Positions 11,201-23,972 of a DNA stretch of 64,000 nucleotides are shown here, piece after piece. Origin of the DNA: Amoebophrya sp. A120. Taxonomy: Eukaryota; Protista; Dinoflagellata. The notes under the pieces were generated by a model, which saw only the letters and a list, made by a program, of their open reading frames with translations, did not search any database and was not told where the DNA came from. The DNA lies in contig CAJINV010000003.1 in assembly GCA_905178155.1 (NCBI GenBank), forward strand, positions 6,105,985 to 6,169,984. The letters run 5' to 3'. The translations under genes and the position numbers were made by a program. Position 1 is the first letter of the stretch. Every line of letters begins with the position of its first letter.

Positions 11201-14164
11201 CACCCCCTGCTTCGATACCATGTCGAGCCAGAGTGCGCCCATGACGATCCCCAAGGTGATCGTGCACCAGTCCAGAAAGTTCCACTTGTCTCGCAGGTAG
11301 TCGAGCAGATAGCTGTTTCTTCGCGCCTTCAGCACTTCGAACAGCTCTTGCTGAAACAGCATGAAAATCATGCTCATCCAGATGATGTCCGGGAGGTAGT
11401 AGGCGAAGTTCGGATACAGGTTGGCGGAAGTGGCAGCAACCTGGATCGACTTCTGCATGTACCCGCCGTCCTCGAAGGTGAAGCGAACCTTCAGGTTGGC
11501 GAACAGGCGCACCTGCGCGTTGAAGAAGGCCGCCTGGAACTCCAGCCACTCGGTGTTCTCGTCGATCCAGCGGTTCGGCACCAGCAAATGCTCCACCTCC
11601 TCCAGTGCGCCGCCTGCCGCGGACAGGCGGCGCCCGACGTCGAAGTAGGCCTCGAAGATCCCGCTCTTCCCCGCAACGGGCTGAAAGGGGAGGTTGCGCG
11701 CAGTGGTGCCGGGCCCGTACGCCTCGGTGAGGGGAATCTCGGACCGGCACTGCATGTCGTACCAGGCGTTCAAATCCGTGTTCACTGGGCACCCCGAGGA
11801 TTTGAGTTTTTGTTGCTGCAAACGCACGCCGCCAATCAGCTGGTTGAACAGCATCAAACGTCCGGGTCGGTCGGAGGCGGCCTTCGGGGGTGGGTTCCCG
11901 GCCAAGACCGAAGCAAGCTCCACATCCTGGAACGTCAGCTGGTTTTCGCGCCATATTACCTTGATGGCAAAAGATACGTTCATCTTGTTCACAGTGTCAA
12001 TCTCATTCTTCAATACACTCTGAAGCGGCGACATCGCGGTTCGCGTATTTTTCACCGCGTTCCGCCGAATCTTGCGCAAATGGAGCAAAGTAAAAAGAAG
12101 AGCATGCCTTCCACTTCGTGTTTTTGGGTTTGCGTTTGCGTTTGGCTATCATGGCGCAAAGAGTAATATAAGAAAAATACTGGTAGGAGGCCGTGCTGTA
12201 GCCAAAACCAAGAGTCGGCGACTGAAATGACTTGGTCCCACGTGGTGATGTTTAGTGTGAGCTTGCTCGCATCCCCAATCTCGTTCAGCTTGTCTTGTAT
12301 CCTGAGTAAAAACGTACGCACGCCAGAGTTGTAATGCAGATTTGCAAAGACAGGAAGACTTGTAATGCGCATCACCATGAGAGCCATTTCCAATCGTGTT
12401 TTGGCATTTGTGATGCTGTGAACAGGATGAGCCGATGAATCTGTGATGCGGCTGCACTTGCTAACCTGCACTACACTGCAGAGTGCAACTTGTCATGCGT
12501 GACTCACAAAACTCCTAGGTTTGTGTTGCAAAATCCCCATCCTGACTCTGGTGTGGGTACGTTTTTCCTCTCAATATCTTGAAATATTTGTTCCCTGGTG
12601 CTTTGCATGGCGAATTCGGTGTAGGTTTGTCCGTCAACCATACCGGCGATTCGATGCACGGATACTTGTTGATCTTGGTCCAGAAATGCGAATTGAGACA
12701 TATCAAGGGCAGACTCGCAGCCCCGCAGCTTCGCCACGCCGCGGTCGAGCGCCTCCCGAGGCTGGCAGTTGCAATCGCAGTGCATTTGCACTACCTGTGG
12801 AGGACGATTTCAAACGCAGTATGAGTGACAACACGCATACTGGTAGTAGTTGTATCAAGCAGTAGTTCTAGTTGTACAAATTTTCAATACGCATTATTTT
12901 TGCTTCTAAATCAATTATGAGCTTCTACTTCTCAAAGTGGTACCGTCTCTTGCGTGGATCCTTCGATGGCGGGCGCGTTCCCTAGTGAATATCAGATGCA
13001 AAAAATATGTCATGGTCTGGAAGAGTACAAGGCTTGTGACGCACCAGCTTTTTTTTGTATATTCATGAAGCAGCTTTATCTAGTATCATGACCCAGAAGC
13101 AGAAGGTTTGGAATGTTGCGAGCCGTGGCATCACAAGTTGAGAGGATCCCCGACCCCGATGCCTATCCTGTACGAGAAATCTCGTCTCCAAGTGACCCAC
13201 AGCCAGTGGGTGGCTTTTGCTACTCATTCAATACAGATTTTCATTTTTGTGTCGCTGTCGACCTCGTCTAGCATTAATACAGACGCGGCGTTTATTTCCA
13301 GAGCCAGACGACATATTTGCAATGCATAGTAAAGGGTGTGCGACAATTCCAGAGACGGAGTCAGCGAGCGTGCGTTTCACCGAGAAGGTTTGCTCGACGT
13401 CGCCATGAAGCTGCACCAAGAGCACAAATGTCATCCACATTGCCAAGGTAAAGGGTATACCGCCTCCAGCTTCCAGAAACCACAGATAGGCATTTAAGAA
13501 CCTGTTTGTTCCGGGCAGTTTCTTCTTGTTTTGCTGAAAAAATGGCCGAGCTCCAAAAAAAAAGGCAGTTTGGTAGTACTTGCAAAGATTCAGCACAGCT
13601 GCTTAGTCCTGCCCATGGCTTACAAAAACGCGTTCATCCGGTTCCGGTAAGCAAGTCTCTAGGAGGCAAAAACAAAAAGCAAACCTTCAATGAGCAAATT
13701 TACGCAAACTTTGATTTTCAATCATTTTACGTGGAAACAAATTGTCTAGCAGTATACGAGAGCATCTCGCCCTTGCTCACGGAAACTCTCTCCGCCTCCT
13801 TTTCGCGCTTGCGGTACTGCTTGCCTCGAAGCCAAGGCAAGGTCCAATAAGGATGTGCGGCCAACTGCGTTCGGTCGCGGTCAATGTCTTCACTGCTGCC
13901 ACCCCAGGACGAATCGTCTTCATCACTGAGGTGTCCCTCGTCGAAACTTTCCTCGTCCTCATCATCACCTGGCGACCCAGTCGGTGATTTACCATTGCTG
14001 GGACTGGATCCCCCGAAGGTCTCGTCGAGCGGCACACTACCGGGCAGCGTCGCGGGATTCTCTCCCTCCCCGCCGACGGGCGATGCTGCACCGTCGTCAC
14101 CCGGCTCATCGGCGGCGGTTTCTGCCTCGGGATCCACTTTTTTCGCTCTTGAAAAAAGACCCAT
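8243..14164 (-). CDS. Polycystin-2/TRPP-like cation channel, single 6TM domain, 11 exons
   Basis: TOP-domain motifs NQLIGGVRLQQ and NRWIDENTEWLEFQAAFFN, S3 DKWNFLDW, S4-S5 MRFFKAFQGQPRL, pore FLAILGEFDF, S6 FILLNLLIALI. Six GT-AG introns (8534-8723, 9512-9760, 10180-10352, 11960-12180, 12795-12943, 13502-13730) plus four TIR elements; all joins are in frame. Confidence 0.88.
10374..10581. mobile_element. Introner-like TIR element IE1 (208 bp, family B)
   Basis: Ends TATCCCACGAAAAAACTG...CAGTTTTTTTTTGCGATA; TSD AATCT at 10369-10373 and 10582-10586. Removal gives DKIQD-LADQQW in frame. Confidence 0.92.
10647..11130. mobile_element. Introner-like TIR element IE2 (484 bp, family A)
   Basis: TIR TATCAAGTGTAAAAGTGTCTGGGTCTGGAAGAGTGC / GCATTCTTCCAGACCCAGACATTTTTACATTTGATA; TSD TTGCC at 10642-10646 and 11131-11135. 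Removal gives DGNFVA-TSSIESYHDQW. Confidence 0.93.
12298..12576. mobile_element. Introner-like TIR element IE3 (279 bp)
   Basis: TIR TATCCTGAGTAAAAACGTACGCACGCCAGAGT / ACTCTGGTGTGGGTACGTTTTTCCTCTCAATA; TSD TCTTG at 12293-12297 and 12577-12581. Removal gives EQIFQ-DKLNEIG. Confidence 0.92.
12990..13328. mobile_element. Introner-like TIR element IE4 (339 bp, diverged family A)
   Basis: Ends TATCAGATGCAAAAAATATGTCATGGTCTGGAA / TTCCAGAGCCAGACGACATATTTGCAATGCATA; degenerate TSD GTGAA (12985-12989) and GTAAA (13329-13333). Removal gives IVAHP(L/S)LGNAPAIEG in frame with the next canonical intron. Confidence 0.85.
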
Positions 14165-14302
14165 TTTGTTCGGAAGACCCTTGATATTCGCTCGCAGCCG
14201 TCCACTTCCCACCGAGATGAAGAACGGCGAACGATTTATGACACCCTTTCGCCTGAAGGAAGAACTTGTTTTCCCTCGCAGCGAAAGTCGAAGATGCCCG
14301 GC

Positions 14303-16196
14303 TCAGGCGGTTGCTGGTGTCTGGTGGTGGGTAGCTTCAAATTCATGATGGAGGTATCGGCAGTCTGACCGGTAGAAGGAGTGGTCTGCGTCCCAGTGGC
14401 GGCGATAACCTTCTGGGATTGAACAAAGAACAGACGATCTGTAGCCACAGGCGGATAACCAGAACGAGAACAGGATGGAATACACTTATAATGTCTTTAC
14501 TTTTGGTCACTTCAAATTCAAAAAAAGCACCTTTACTCTTCTTCCGAAATATTCTAGGCTGCTCTCGGCAGGCGCTACACGCTAAGGAAATAAAGGGAAA
14601 AGGACATGTTATAGGCTTTTGATAGGGTCCTGAATCATAACCATATCGATACATATTACACACGGACAACATGCGCCACCAAAAATGATGAAAGTGAAGT
14701 TTCTAAGTAGCGATGATCCTGCCACTTTCGAATTGTCGAGCCTACCTCAGTCGATAGTACCATTCACGAACAAAGCGATAGATTCTCTCTCCAACACTCT
14801 AGGTCGATTTCTCGAGGACTCTCACCCTCCATTATTTTCGCGCAGGAAGACGAAGATCATGCAGACACTGTCGCTGTACTTTTAACGGTCTTTGCATAAA
14901 GCGCGATTGCGACAAAACCCATTCATCATTCTCATTGTCATTGGCTGTCTACCGAAATAACAATCATCATGTCTTAAGCACCGGACTGGACGAGACTCGA
15001 AGTAAACAGCGCGCTATTGCGGTTGACTTTATCTCAACATAAAAGATGTCGACTTTTCTTTGTGTAGGTTCGTGGCGCAACAACGGTCGTGTGCGAGTTG
15101 CGTCATGGTTTTTGGATTTGTTTTTGTGTATACAAGTATTGACAACAAACGCAGGACTACAACTGTTCTAACGAAAATAGTTATTTTTGGATGAGTTTCT
15201 TAGATATTGATATTGTCTTTATGTCCACTTGTACTTTTACTTTTTGATATTCATGCCTTTGGTGCTGCCCACGCTTTATCGTCTTCGTATCACTCCACCT
15301 GCAGATACCTCTGAATCTTCATGCTCACAAACCCTACGTGTAAAAATAAGGCCGCGTTTCTTCCGGCGTAAGACAAGTAGATGACTATCATACATTGGTG
15401 GCCCTATTCATAATAGCGATTTGCGGTTAAGAAAAAGGAAAACTTTTGGAGCCTTACTCGGCGTCAACAACGTCGAGCAAGGTGTTGAACGTGCGAGGCT
15501 GGGCCATTCCATCAGCATAAATTTTGACATTGACAGGCTAACGGAAAATTATACAGTGGAAAAAGAGTTACTTTTCTTTTATCTTTGCGCAAGCGCAAGG
15601 AAAAGAATGATCAACGTCATCTATTTCAACACGGCTCTGCACCGCACTTACGAGCAGTTTCTCGAGGACGAAGCATTCGTCAGTATATTATGATACAAAT
15701 AAGGCTGAGCGGGTTCTTCTTCGCAGTTGTATAGTAAAGTATGTAGAAGTCCTGCTACTCGCGTTCTTTAGATTTGGTGATTATCATGTGTCGTTCTGAC
15801 GGCTATGCTGAACACAATCGTCCGAGCGCACACGTCAACACTATCCACACGGTGCTCGTCTGTGCTCTACTTTTTACGGAGATGAACTACCGCGGATAAT
15901 AGAGACGACATTGAAACACGAGATTCTAACTCTTCATGATCAACTATAAAAAAATCAATACATCATACGAAGTATAAGTAAGTAAATGTCACTACAGGGC
16001 AACTCTCGTTCAAACCAAAAATCACGTTGCCGGGGGCGCGAATTATAGCGACCAAGAATGTGTCAGAGCTGATCTTCTTCATCGCCGGATCCAAATTTAC
16101 ATCAACCGTCGAGAAATAAACGTACAAATGGAAAAAATGGTGCCACTTGTTAGGAGCGTTTGCGTTCACCACGTTCTTTTGCGAAATCGCAACCAA
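14303..16196 (-). CDS. Possible multi-exon hypothetical gene
   Basis: Short exon-like segments end in GTAAG/GTAGG donors, e.g. DECFVLEKLL (~15650), PVNVKIYADGMAQPRTFNTLLDVVDA (~15460-15540), GERIYRFVREWYYRL (~14750). Not assembled and no family recognised. Confidence 0.3.
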
Positions 16197-17328
16197 TACA
16201 ATCCGATGGCATTCCTGCTTTCTGCTGTTTTATGGTAGATCAAGTTCTTCATGAGGCCTGAAAGAAGAACCAGGGAAGGAGGTTTTTGGACTTTGAAAAT
16301 TTTGCACGTAAAGCAAGCTAGTTAGTAGCGCGGTGAAAAGGCGACAGCTACGACATGTATATTTTTACGTAAATCTTCTGTGTAGTATTGCTATCTTCGA
16401 AAATGTTGAAAAGCATTTAAAGAACCAAAATCATCACACGGTGTTGGTATTATTTATAGGCAGTGCAAGCACCACACACCAATGAGCAGTATTGAGGCAG
16501 TGGTCGGTCCTCCGTGTGGGTAGTAGGCGTAAGGAAGAGCGCCGTCCTCTAGTGGTCTAGGGCCGCGGTCTTGTATCATTTCTATCGTAAGATCTAGGTC
16601 CGGTATTAATCGCAAGATCTAGAGCCGCGGTGTTGACCACGGCGCATGATCTCTATACAGTTGTATTGAAGATGCGAGTCAAGTAACATCTTTGTCTTTC
16701 GAAGCACAGTGACAGACAACCGTGTTGATGTCAGCCGTACCTCTAGTCTTGGTCTGACTCCTCTATGTACTATGTATCAACTAGCCTTCTTGGTTGCTGC
16801 AATCAGAAACCTCCAGGCAAAATAAGAAGGGGGGAGGGCTTTGGGTAAAAAAAAGTCTCAAGGAAAAAAGTAACTTATTTTGTCAGGAATACGGCATTGC
16901 TTTTATATGCTGTTCATACACTTGCACTTCTCAAGCAGCCGGAACCGGTAGCTGCGTAGGAGGCAAATGCAAAACGAAATGTCTCTTGGAGCTGCACCGA
17001 TTCGGTGTGCTTGCACTGTTCCAGGTCGTGCATGTGGACCACTAAACTGGTACGACGTTGAGACAAAGAAAAGGGCTCTAGTACTTCTTTGTCAGAATAA
17101 CAAATCTTCTAGCATCTTCTCTTCAGTATGTTAGCTTTCTCTTTCCCAACGTTCTCACTCGACACTGTTCCGTAGCAGTCGCCTTCGAATAACCGCACGG
17201 GCCACGCAATCGAAATTCTGCCCTGTTCGAGAAAATTCCGATCATCCTTTGTCTCTCTGCTATATTTCTTGCTCTTTTTGGTCCTCGTGCCACCTCATTA
17301 TTCGGTTTGAAGTAGTACTCACCACTTC

Positions 17329-20300
17329 TTATTGGTAGATAATGTGTTTCTTGCCGTCCACATTATCCGCGTCACGAATTATTCTGCACAAGTTACAGGA
17401 TGAACAGCCGGGGCGGGCTTCTACTCGATGAGATACACACACAGCCGGCGACCATGGTGGAGCCGGAGGTGGAGGAGGAGAGTCGGAAGAAGAATACACA
17501 TCATGGTCCGCCGGCAATCTCGGGCTAGTCATCGGCGGAGGAGGGAACGGATCATGTTCCGCTGAGCCGCAACCACTCGTGGTCCCGGGAGTAGAGGACG
17601 AAGCTTGTTCGGTTGAGGCGGAGCCGGAACCACTCGCCGCTGCACCAGAGGACGAAGCTGCAGCTGCGGAACCGGAAAGAGGAGCGGCGTCTTCATCTGG
17701 AGTATCTTCACTAGTTGTATCAGGAGTCTGGTGCTCTACCAGCATCCCCCGATAGTTGTGGCTTGCTGACCGAGGCCGTTGCTTGTCTCGAAATCTTCCG
17801 TAGGAGTCTTTCCACGAGCACAAATGGCAGCGGTTACAGTCTTTTCCGTCCTTGCAGCCCTTTTTTCTCCAGTTGTATTTACACGGAGGTTGGCAGGAAT
17901 GCGGGTGACCCAGCGAGCCGTTGGAGACGACATCGGTGTAGCCGTGCTCCTCCAACTCCACGCAGTTTTCATGAGGGCCGCCCCCCTGCCGCGACGTCGC
18001 GCTACTGGCCTGGTCGTGGGCCGTCAAGAACGAGGAGCTTTGGAAAACGTCACACGAGGAGCGCGACTCCAGCTGCGGGTCGTGGGGTCGTTGTTCCAGC
18101 GATTCATCTCGCTGCTGTCCTCGCTCCGCTCCCGTGATGATCTTTGGTTGTGCTGCCGTTGGTGGGGAGCTGCAGGAGGGCCTCGCCGCGACAGTCTGAG
18201 ACGAAATGCTGCTTGATGCCGGGCTCATCTTCGAGGGCGGCTTGGAAGTGCTCTCTGCCTGAGCCATCTTCTGCGTCGAGGAAGAGGACGCAGCTCCACC
18301 TGTCGCTGTGCTGGCGGTCGCAGAAGTTGGCGCACTGCTGCACTCGGATCCCCCTTGAAGAACTCGGTAAGAACCACGCTCGGTCTTCGTGGTGATAACG
18401 AGGCCGCGCAGACGATGCGTGGCGTCGTCCAGCCTCACTGTCTCTGATGTTGATGCACTAGCTCTTGCATCATCCACCACCCCGCGCTTGCTCTTCTTGA
18501 GCTTGTTGCGCAACATCGCAGTGGCTCGCGCGAGATCCCTGTCCGTGTTCTGCGCCGAACGTTCTTCGATGATCTGCAAGGCAACCTGTGCTTCGGCGTC
18601 GGAAAGCCGGTGCTCCAAATCGAAATCGCTTATGTGCTTCAGCATGTCGATAGTCTCGGACTTCAGTTGCTCGACGTCAGCAGGGATCATGATGTCTTCG
18701 TTCATTTGTTCCGTGATGGGTGCATTGTGCACATTATCTTGTTGGACTGTCATGCTGTTCGTTCTTGATGTCCGGGCAGGAAAATCACAATCAGCATCCT
18801 CGTCTAGGGTCTTTCGCTCCTGCACCAGTGCTGGAGGCGGTAAGGTACTGGAGGAGGAACAAGGTAGACCCGGCGGCGCCGCAAGAATAACCCCCTCCGT
18901 AAGATTATCATAGCCATCTTCTTTTCTCCTGTTCCCGCAAGCAGCAGTCATTGCTCCTTTCATGGTGCCACGAGACAAGCTGGGCTCCGCCGCCGGCTCC
19001 TTTTGGGGGTCATTCAGGGGCACGCGCACGCACGTCCACACCATTTTTCTGCCACAACTGCCGCTCGAACTGGCGGCAGCAGCTGATGTGTCCTCCACAC
19101 CTAGAAATGTTGACCCGTCTGAACCACTACTGGCGCTAGAAGGAGAAAACATCGCGGCATCGCGTAACCGCTGGCCCACGATGTAGGGGGGCGAGGGAGA
19201 GGAGGGCGGAGGGCTGTAGGCGGTCGCCGTGGTGGTCGTCGTGCTGGTGGAAGCAACGACGTTATTAATATCATCATCGACGTCCCCGCTGGTCGTGCCT
19301 GGCTCCTTTTTTAAACTTTCCATCAGTCCCTTGATGTTCTGGCCAGCAACATGATCAACCTGATCCCCTACTTGCTCCTCCACACACGACGGCCACATCC
19401 GGTGCTGCTGCTGCCAGCAGTTGGCGGCATCGGCAAGTTCCCAAAGAATAAACTTGCCCAGCGCTTCATCAACATTATCCATCATGGTGCCGACCTCAGC
19501 TTCACGGGACAGAACATCCTCCTGGCACTGCGGCGGAGGAGTCCGGATCGTCGCCGGCGTGCAGGGCATCGTCCTTGCGGAAACCTCCAGATCTTCGGGT
19601 AGACAGGAAGGGGGCGAACTCGTCTGATCGCGCGGCTGGTGCTGTTCTTGGACCTGGTGACGAACGAAGGCCGGAGTCGGGACGGTCAGGCAGTCTTCAT
19701 CGAAAAACTCGCCGTCTTCATTATCAGAGGGAAAGGTAATGGTAACGCACTTCCTGTAATAAGAAGGCTCGTCTTCTTCAATACCATCGGCATCGAGATC
19801 GACTTCCTCGTCCTCCTCTGGCAACGAAAACAAGCAGGAGTGTGATGGCCGCAATAATAATTCCTGACGAGGTTCTTGTCGTTGTTGGTGTAAAAATCCC
19901 GCGGTAGCAGTATCAGTATTTTTATGCCCCCCGACAGACTGCAAAAGTTGCTCTCGTTGTTGCTGGTCCTTAAGGCCTACTGCGGCCGCGGTACTACAGC
20001 TAGCAGCTTCTTCGGCCGGGAGCTGCCCCACACGTCGAAGACTTCTGCGTCTCGAAGAGTTCGCCGCGACCTGCCCCACACGTCGACGACTCTGCGCGCG
20101 GTCTTCTTGCTCTAGGAAGACCTGTAAAACGCCGCGGAGCATGTCAACCTCCCAGACGCTCCGCGGACCAGTTCTCTCGATGCGGTCGCGCAAGCAGCCC
20201 AGGGTTTGTATCGCAGCCTCCAGCTCCGGGGACGGTTCGCGCCCGGGTATTTTCTCCAGCTCTTGGTCGAGTAGATTTCGCTGCAGACGTTGAGCCTGCT

Positions 20301-21516
20301 GCAGACATGCCTCAGATACGTGTCGAAGTTCTTGCGAAGCGTTCTGCCAGTCGTGTGCCAGCTGTGCTCCGGCAGCTTCAGCCCGCTGCAGACGTGCCTC
20401 TGCTCCATGTAGAAGTTCTTGCAAAGCTTTCCGACAGTCGCCGGTGCCGGAAGCCGCGGGGGACGAGCGATCGGGAACGGCAACGGGATCGCGCAAGCCC
20501 GAGACATAATTACTATAATCCGGCGCCAAAAAGCGCTGCTCTTCGAACCGTTGAACGGTTCGGAGGGCTTCTCCGAATGCAACTTCTTGCTGCTCTTCGA
20601 ATCTTGGAACGGTTCGGACGGCTGCTCCGATCGCCAGTTCTTGCAGAGAGTCGTTGCCTTGCTGGTGGTGCAGTAGTTCTGACCATTCTTTTAGAAGTCC
20701 TTCCGCTTGCGAAGCTCGCTGAGGCTCCTCCTGCAGCCCGTGCCCGGGGTCGTCGTGTGTCCTCTGTGCTTCGGGGACAACGGCTTCGGTGGAGGTACTA
20801 GCGCCTCCGGGAAGATAAACCTCCGCAGACGAGCGATCGCGCAAAGCCGCTAAAGCACCACTATCCTGCGCCAGACGGCTCAGCTGCAGCTCTGCGCGCT
20901 GTTCTTGCCGTCTTCTTCTTCTTTCGCGTTGCAAAGCTCGCTGACGCAGCCTTCTCCTCCGCGCAGAGTCGTTCAGGCTTGCGAAGGCTTGGTTGCGCTG
21001 CTCGCCTAGTAGCGTCGCTTGCGAAGACTCGCCGAGGTCGCAGTCGTGCTGTGTCTGTGCAGCTGGTGTCTGGGGGGCGGCTCCGGTGCTGCTGGTACTA
21101 CCTCTTCTAGTGCCATCCGTCTCCTGTGCTCCGGCTTCGGTGCTGGTAGTCATTGGTCTGTGCACTGTCCCGTCCTGTGCTCCGACAGTAGTTCCGGTGC
21201 TGGTGGTCATCTGTCTGTGCTCCGGAGGCTCCGAGACAACGGCGGACCACGAGGCTCCTGCAGCCCCGGGGGTCGGGTGCTCATGCTCAAACTGGTCTGG
21301 CGCTGGTCGCGGCAGCAAGAAAGAACCACGACGCCTGGATGATTGTCCTTTCGGGGCTGCCTTGCCTTTCGCAAGAATGGGTGCTCGACGTCCAACTGGC
21401 ACTGTTCCCGTTGTAGAGCCCATTACAACACAAGTTGTGACGCCACCAGCTGCTGCCAAAAACAAAATGGCAGCCACTGCCATCATCGTTCCGTTGATGG
21501 CTGTGAAGGATGGCAT
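17329..21516 (-). CDS. Low-complexity 1395-aa protein with a C-terminal dinoflagellate-type C3H1-like zinc finger and hydrophobic N-terminus
   Basis: Uninterrupted 4.2-kb ORF containing SNGSLGHPHSCQPPCKYNWRKKGCKDGKDCNRCHLC. Confidence 0.75.
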   Translation of the reverse strand: MPSFTAINGTMMAVAAILFLAAAGGVTTCVVMGSTTGTVPVGRRAPILAKGKAAPKGQSSRRRGSFLLPRPAPDQFEHEHPTPGAAGASWSAVVSEPPEHRQMTTSTGTTVGAQDGTVHRPMTTSTEAGAQETDGTRRGSTSSTGAAPQTPAAQTQHDCDLGESSQATLLGEQRNQAFASLNDSARRRRLRQRALQRERRRRRQEQRAELQLSRLAQDSGALAALRDRSSAEVYLPGGASTSTEAVVPEAQRTHDDPGHGLQEEPQRASQAEGLLKEWSELLHHQQGNDSLQELAIGAAVRTVPRFEEQQEVAFGEALRTVQRFEEQRFLAPDYSNYVSGLRDPVAVPDRSSPAASGTGDCRKALQELLHGAEARLQRAEAAGAQLAHDWQNASQELRHVSEACLQQAQRLQRNLLDQELEKIPGREPSPELEAAIQTLGCLRDRIERTGPRSVWEVDMLRGVLQVFLEQEDRAQSRRRVGQVAANSSRRRSLRRVGQLPAEEAASCSTAAAVGLKDQQQREQLLQSVGGHKNTDTATAGFLHQQRQEPRQELLLRPSHSCLFSLPEEDEEVDLDADGIEEDEPSYYRKCVTITFPSDNEDGEFFDEDCLTVPTPAFVRHQVQEQHQPRDQTSSPPSCLPEDLEVSARTMPCTPATIRTPPPQCQEDVLSREAEVGTMMDNVDEALGKFILWELADAANCWQQQHRMWPSCVEEQVGDQVDHVAGQNIKGLMESLKKEPGTTSGDVDDDINNVVASTSTTTTTATAYSPPPSSPSPPYIVGQRLRDAAMFSPSSASSGSDGSTFLGVEDTSAAAASSSGSCGRKMVWTCVRVPLNDPQKEPAAEPSLSRGTMKGAMTAACGNRRKEDGYDNLTEGVILAAPPGLPCSSSSTLPPPALVQERKTLDEDADCDFPARTSRTNSMTVQQDNVHNAPITEQMNEDIMIPADVEQLKSETIDMLKHISDFDLEHRLSDAEAQVALQIIEERSAQNTDRDLARATAMLRNKLKKSKRGVVDDARASASTSETVRLDDATHRLRGLVITTKTERGSYRVLQGGSECSSAPTSATASTATGGAASSSSTQKMAQAESTSKPPSKMSPASSSISSQTVAARPSCSSPPTAAQPKIITGAERGQQRDESLEQRPHDPQLESRSSCDVFQSSSFLTAHDQASSATSRQGGGPHENCVELEEHGYTDVVSNGSLGHPHSCQPPCKYNWRKKGCKDGKDCNRCHLCSWKDSYGRFRDKQRPRSASHNYRGMLVEHQTPDTTSEDTPDEDAAPLSGSAAAASSSGAAASGSGSASTEQASSSTPGTTSGCGSAEHDPFPPPPMTSPRLPADHDVYSSSDSPPPPPAPPWSPAVCVSHRVEARPGCSSCNLCRIIRDADNVDGKKHIIYQ

Positions 21517-23972
21517 CTTGATCTTGTAGTTTTGGAGGCGGGAGTAATTATATTTTCTGCTAGCGAGCAGACTTTACTTGATGTTGAGGGCGGAAAAATC
21601 AAACTTTTTGTTTTTGCGGTACTACGGGTTGCTGTACTAGTGAACTATCATCAATATCAAGCACGTAGTTGTAGTACTACCTACTACGACGCTTCTTGAC
21701 TACTTCTATGTTTCCAGCGTTGAAACGGGAGTCAGTGTGGCTAAAAAAGGTCGGGTGTGTTTCTTTGAGTAATGAGAATTTATTTCGTTGCCTTTTGGAA
21801 GGACTTAGACGTCAAATTTTGCTTCCTTCTAATTTTAGTTTTACCGCGTCAAGAGAACCAGAACGAGATGAAGTAAGGCTCTCTAAATCTTTCTCTTTCT
21901 CTTTTATTCGTATCAATTACATAGACTCGATTCATAAATTGTAAATCTTTGATCGACGGTAGACTACGTCCACGACCGGTGCTGTGGGTATTTGAAGTTG
22001 AATGCCATTGGCAATTTTTACCGCGAAGCCCAAGCCTCCCAATAGTTAGGTGGTGCGAATGCGATAAAAAAATATAAAAATATCTATACATTATCAAATT
22101 ACTCCAACTCCCCAGTTCTTGACGAGATGAAGGCGGCCCCCGGCCCCACGAGGACGTGATCGCATTACTTAGAACAAGTTGTGAGGGGGAACGGGAAGTA
22201 CAAGTAGATCAATCGGTGTGAGACGACATGCTAGTAAAAGCGTTGCAGCTCATCTTGTGGTTGTCTGGCATATTCATATGGTGAGATCTCGATAGATCAT
22301 CTCGATCGCGGGAACAAGATGCCACTGGGACAACACGAAGGAAACTGAATAAATCAGAAGAACAAGGAGCGCTTTATTCGCCGGCACGGATGATAGATCA
22401 CTGGCGGCGAAAGAATCCACCTACCCTAGCATCGATCCCGGACGGCCACAATGAAGAAAGAACATCAAGGAAGGAAGAGGAAGACGAAGACGACGAACGA
22501 AGCGGAGAATAGAATTTCGATCTGCGAATAATATCATGTATTATCAATCTACCCACTTACCCCGCAACCGCATTGCTATCTTCGTATCTGCTGGTCCTCG
22601 TCCAGAGCCACAATTTACTACCTAGCATCGACTGGAGATCATCCGAATCATATCAGGGCAGCTGCACCCACGAAGACCACAAGCGAGGCACGATACAAAA
22701 CAAAGCGTCACGAATAAATGCAAATGAACAATTGAACTCGTCGATTGCGCGACGAGGGTACGCCGTGTTTGTGTCGGACACAATGCGGAACAATATCGTC
22801 CTCATCTTGAATGACGTGATGAAGAAGATATTCATTGCAATTTTGTTTTCATACGACGATAACTAACATGTCCCATCTCTCTTTCAGGGGCAAGAGGACA
22901 CGAAATATGACGAATGGATTCGCCCTTCCAATTTTCATTTTCGCTTCCACACAGATGATAACATCTCCCGGAGCCAGCTCTTTTGAGCGACAACTTCAAC
23001 TCAACGGGAACGAGACCGGCTTTGCAAGAATGTGACAAATGTCATACATTTTTGAAAAACTGATACTAGTGCGGAGCGCTATCTTCATTGCATGTTGGTA
23101 TAAAAATAAATATATGCTGGTCACCTTGAATTAGAATTATCACATGAATATTCTACACCCAGGAAAATAGATCGCGACCCATATCGTCAGCAAGCTAGAG
23201 AAATGATGGCTGAGAGATGAAGTAGGTGCCTCGGCTTCGCGCATTTATGTTGCAAAATTCAAAACTATTCTTGTTGCTAGTCTTTCGAGTTTTGAGGGTG
23301 AGTCTATGCATATTGTCGGAAAAAACTAAGCACCCTGGTAGCTTACAGCTATCATGCGCCTGTGTTGGAACAGCACATGAAGCCCGCGGATTGATTGATA
23401 TTGGTTGCTGCACACTTCAAAAAAACTTAGTAAACGAAGCTTCCCGGCCGGCGAGACCAAGGTTACAAGAACCAATGGAATAAAAAACCATGAAGAAAAA
23501 TTGATCTTCAACCAACACAGGAGCCTTATCCCTCTACTTTCACTGCCAGCAATCGATGATAAATGTTGCCCCCAAATCTGCGCTTGCGCAGCACTCGGTT
23601 TATAAAATTGAATGACGCGTGCGCTTCTCAAAATTTTAAATATTGAAACACACAATTTGACCGTATGCCGAATTTTTGTTCTTGGAAGTCGAAGTATACA
23701 TCTGAGGTGCCTCTAGGCAAACAAAGGCATAGCGAATTCTACTTTACTATTTCGTTCATGTTCTGTTCGTACATTGCTTAGCATGATTGGTAATCCCTTT
23801 GAATAAAAACTGAAATGGCCGGAGGTGCTTCCAAGCGTGTCAAACTTTTTTGTGTGCAAAGGCGAATCGACCGTGTATTATTTAACGAGTATTTAACACA
23901 ATAATGAAAAAAATCATGCGCACTGGACTGCACGGCTGCGATGATTGGTATACAGGAGCCACGTCTTCAAAA

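Noticed and set aside
8243-14164. Fragmented ORFs read as a pseudogene or as stop-codon reassignment
   Set aside because: All breaks are explained by GT-AG introns or TIR/TSD elements; exons are stop-free in the standard code.
22100-23700. Possible gene with a lipase-like DDIVPH word (~22790, minus strand)
   Set aside because: An isolated short match; exons could not be assembled and no GxSxG context was found.
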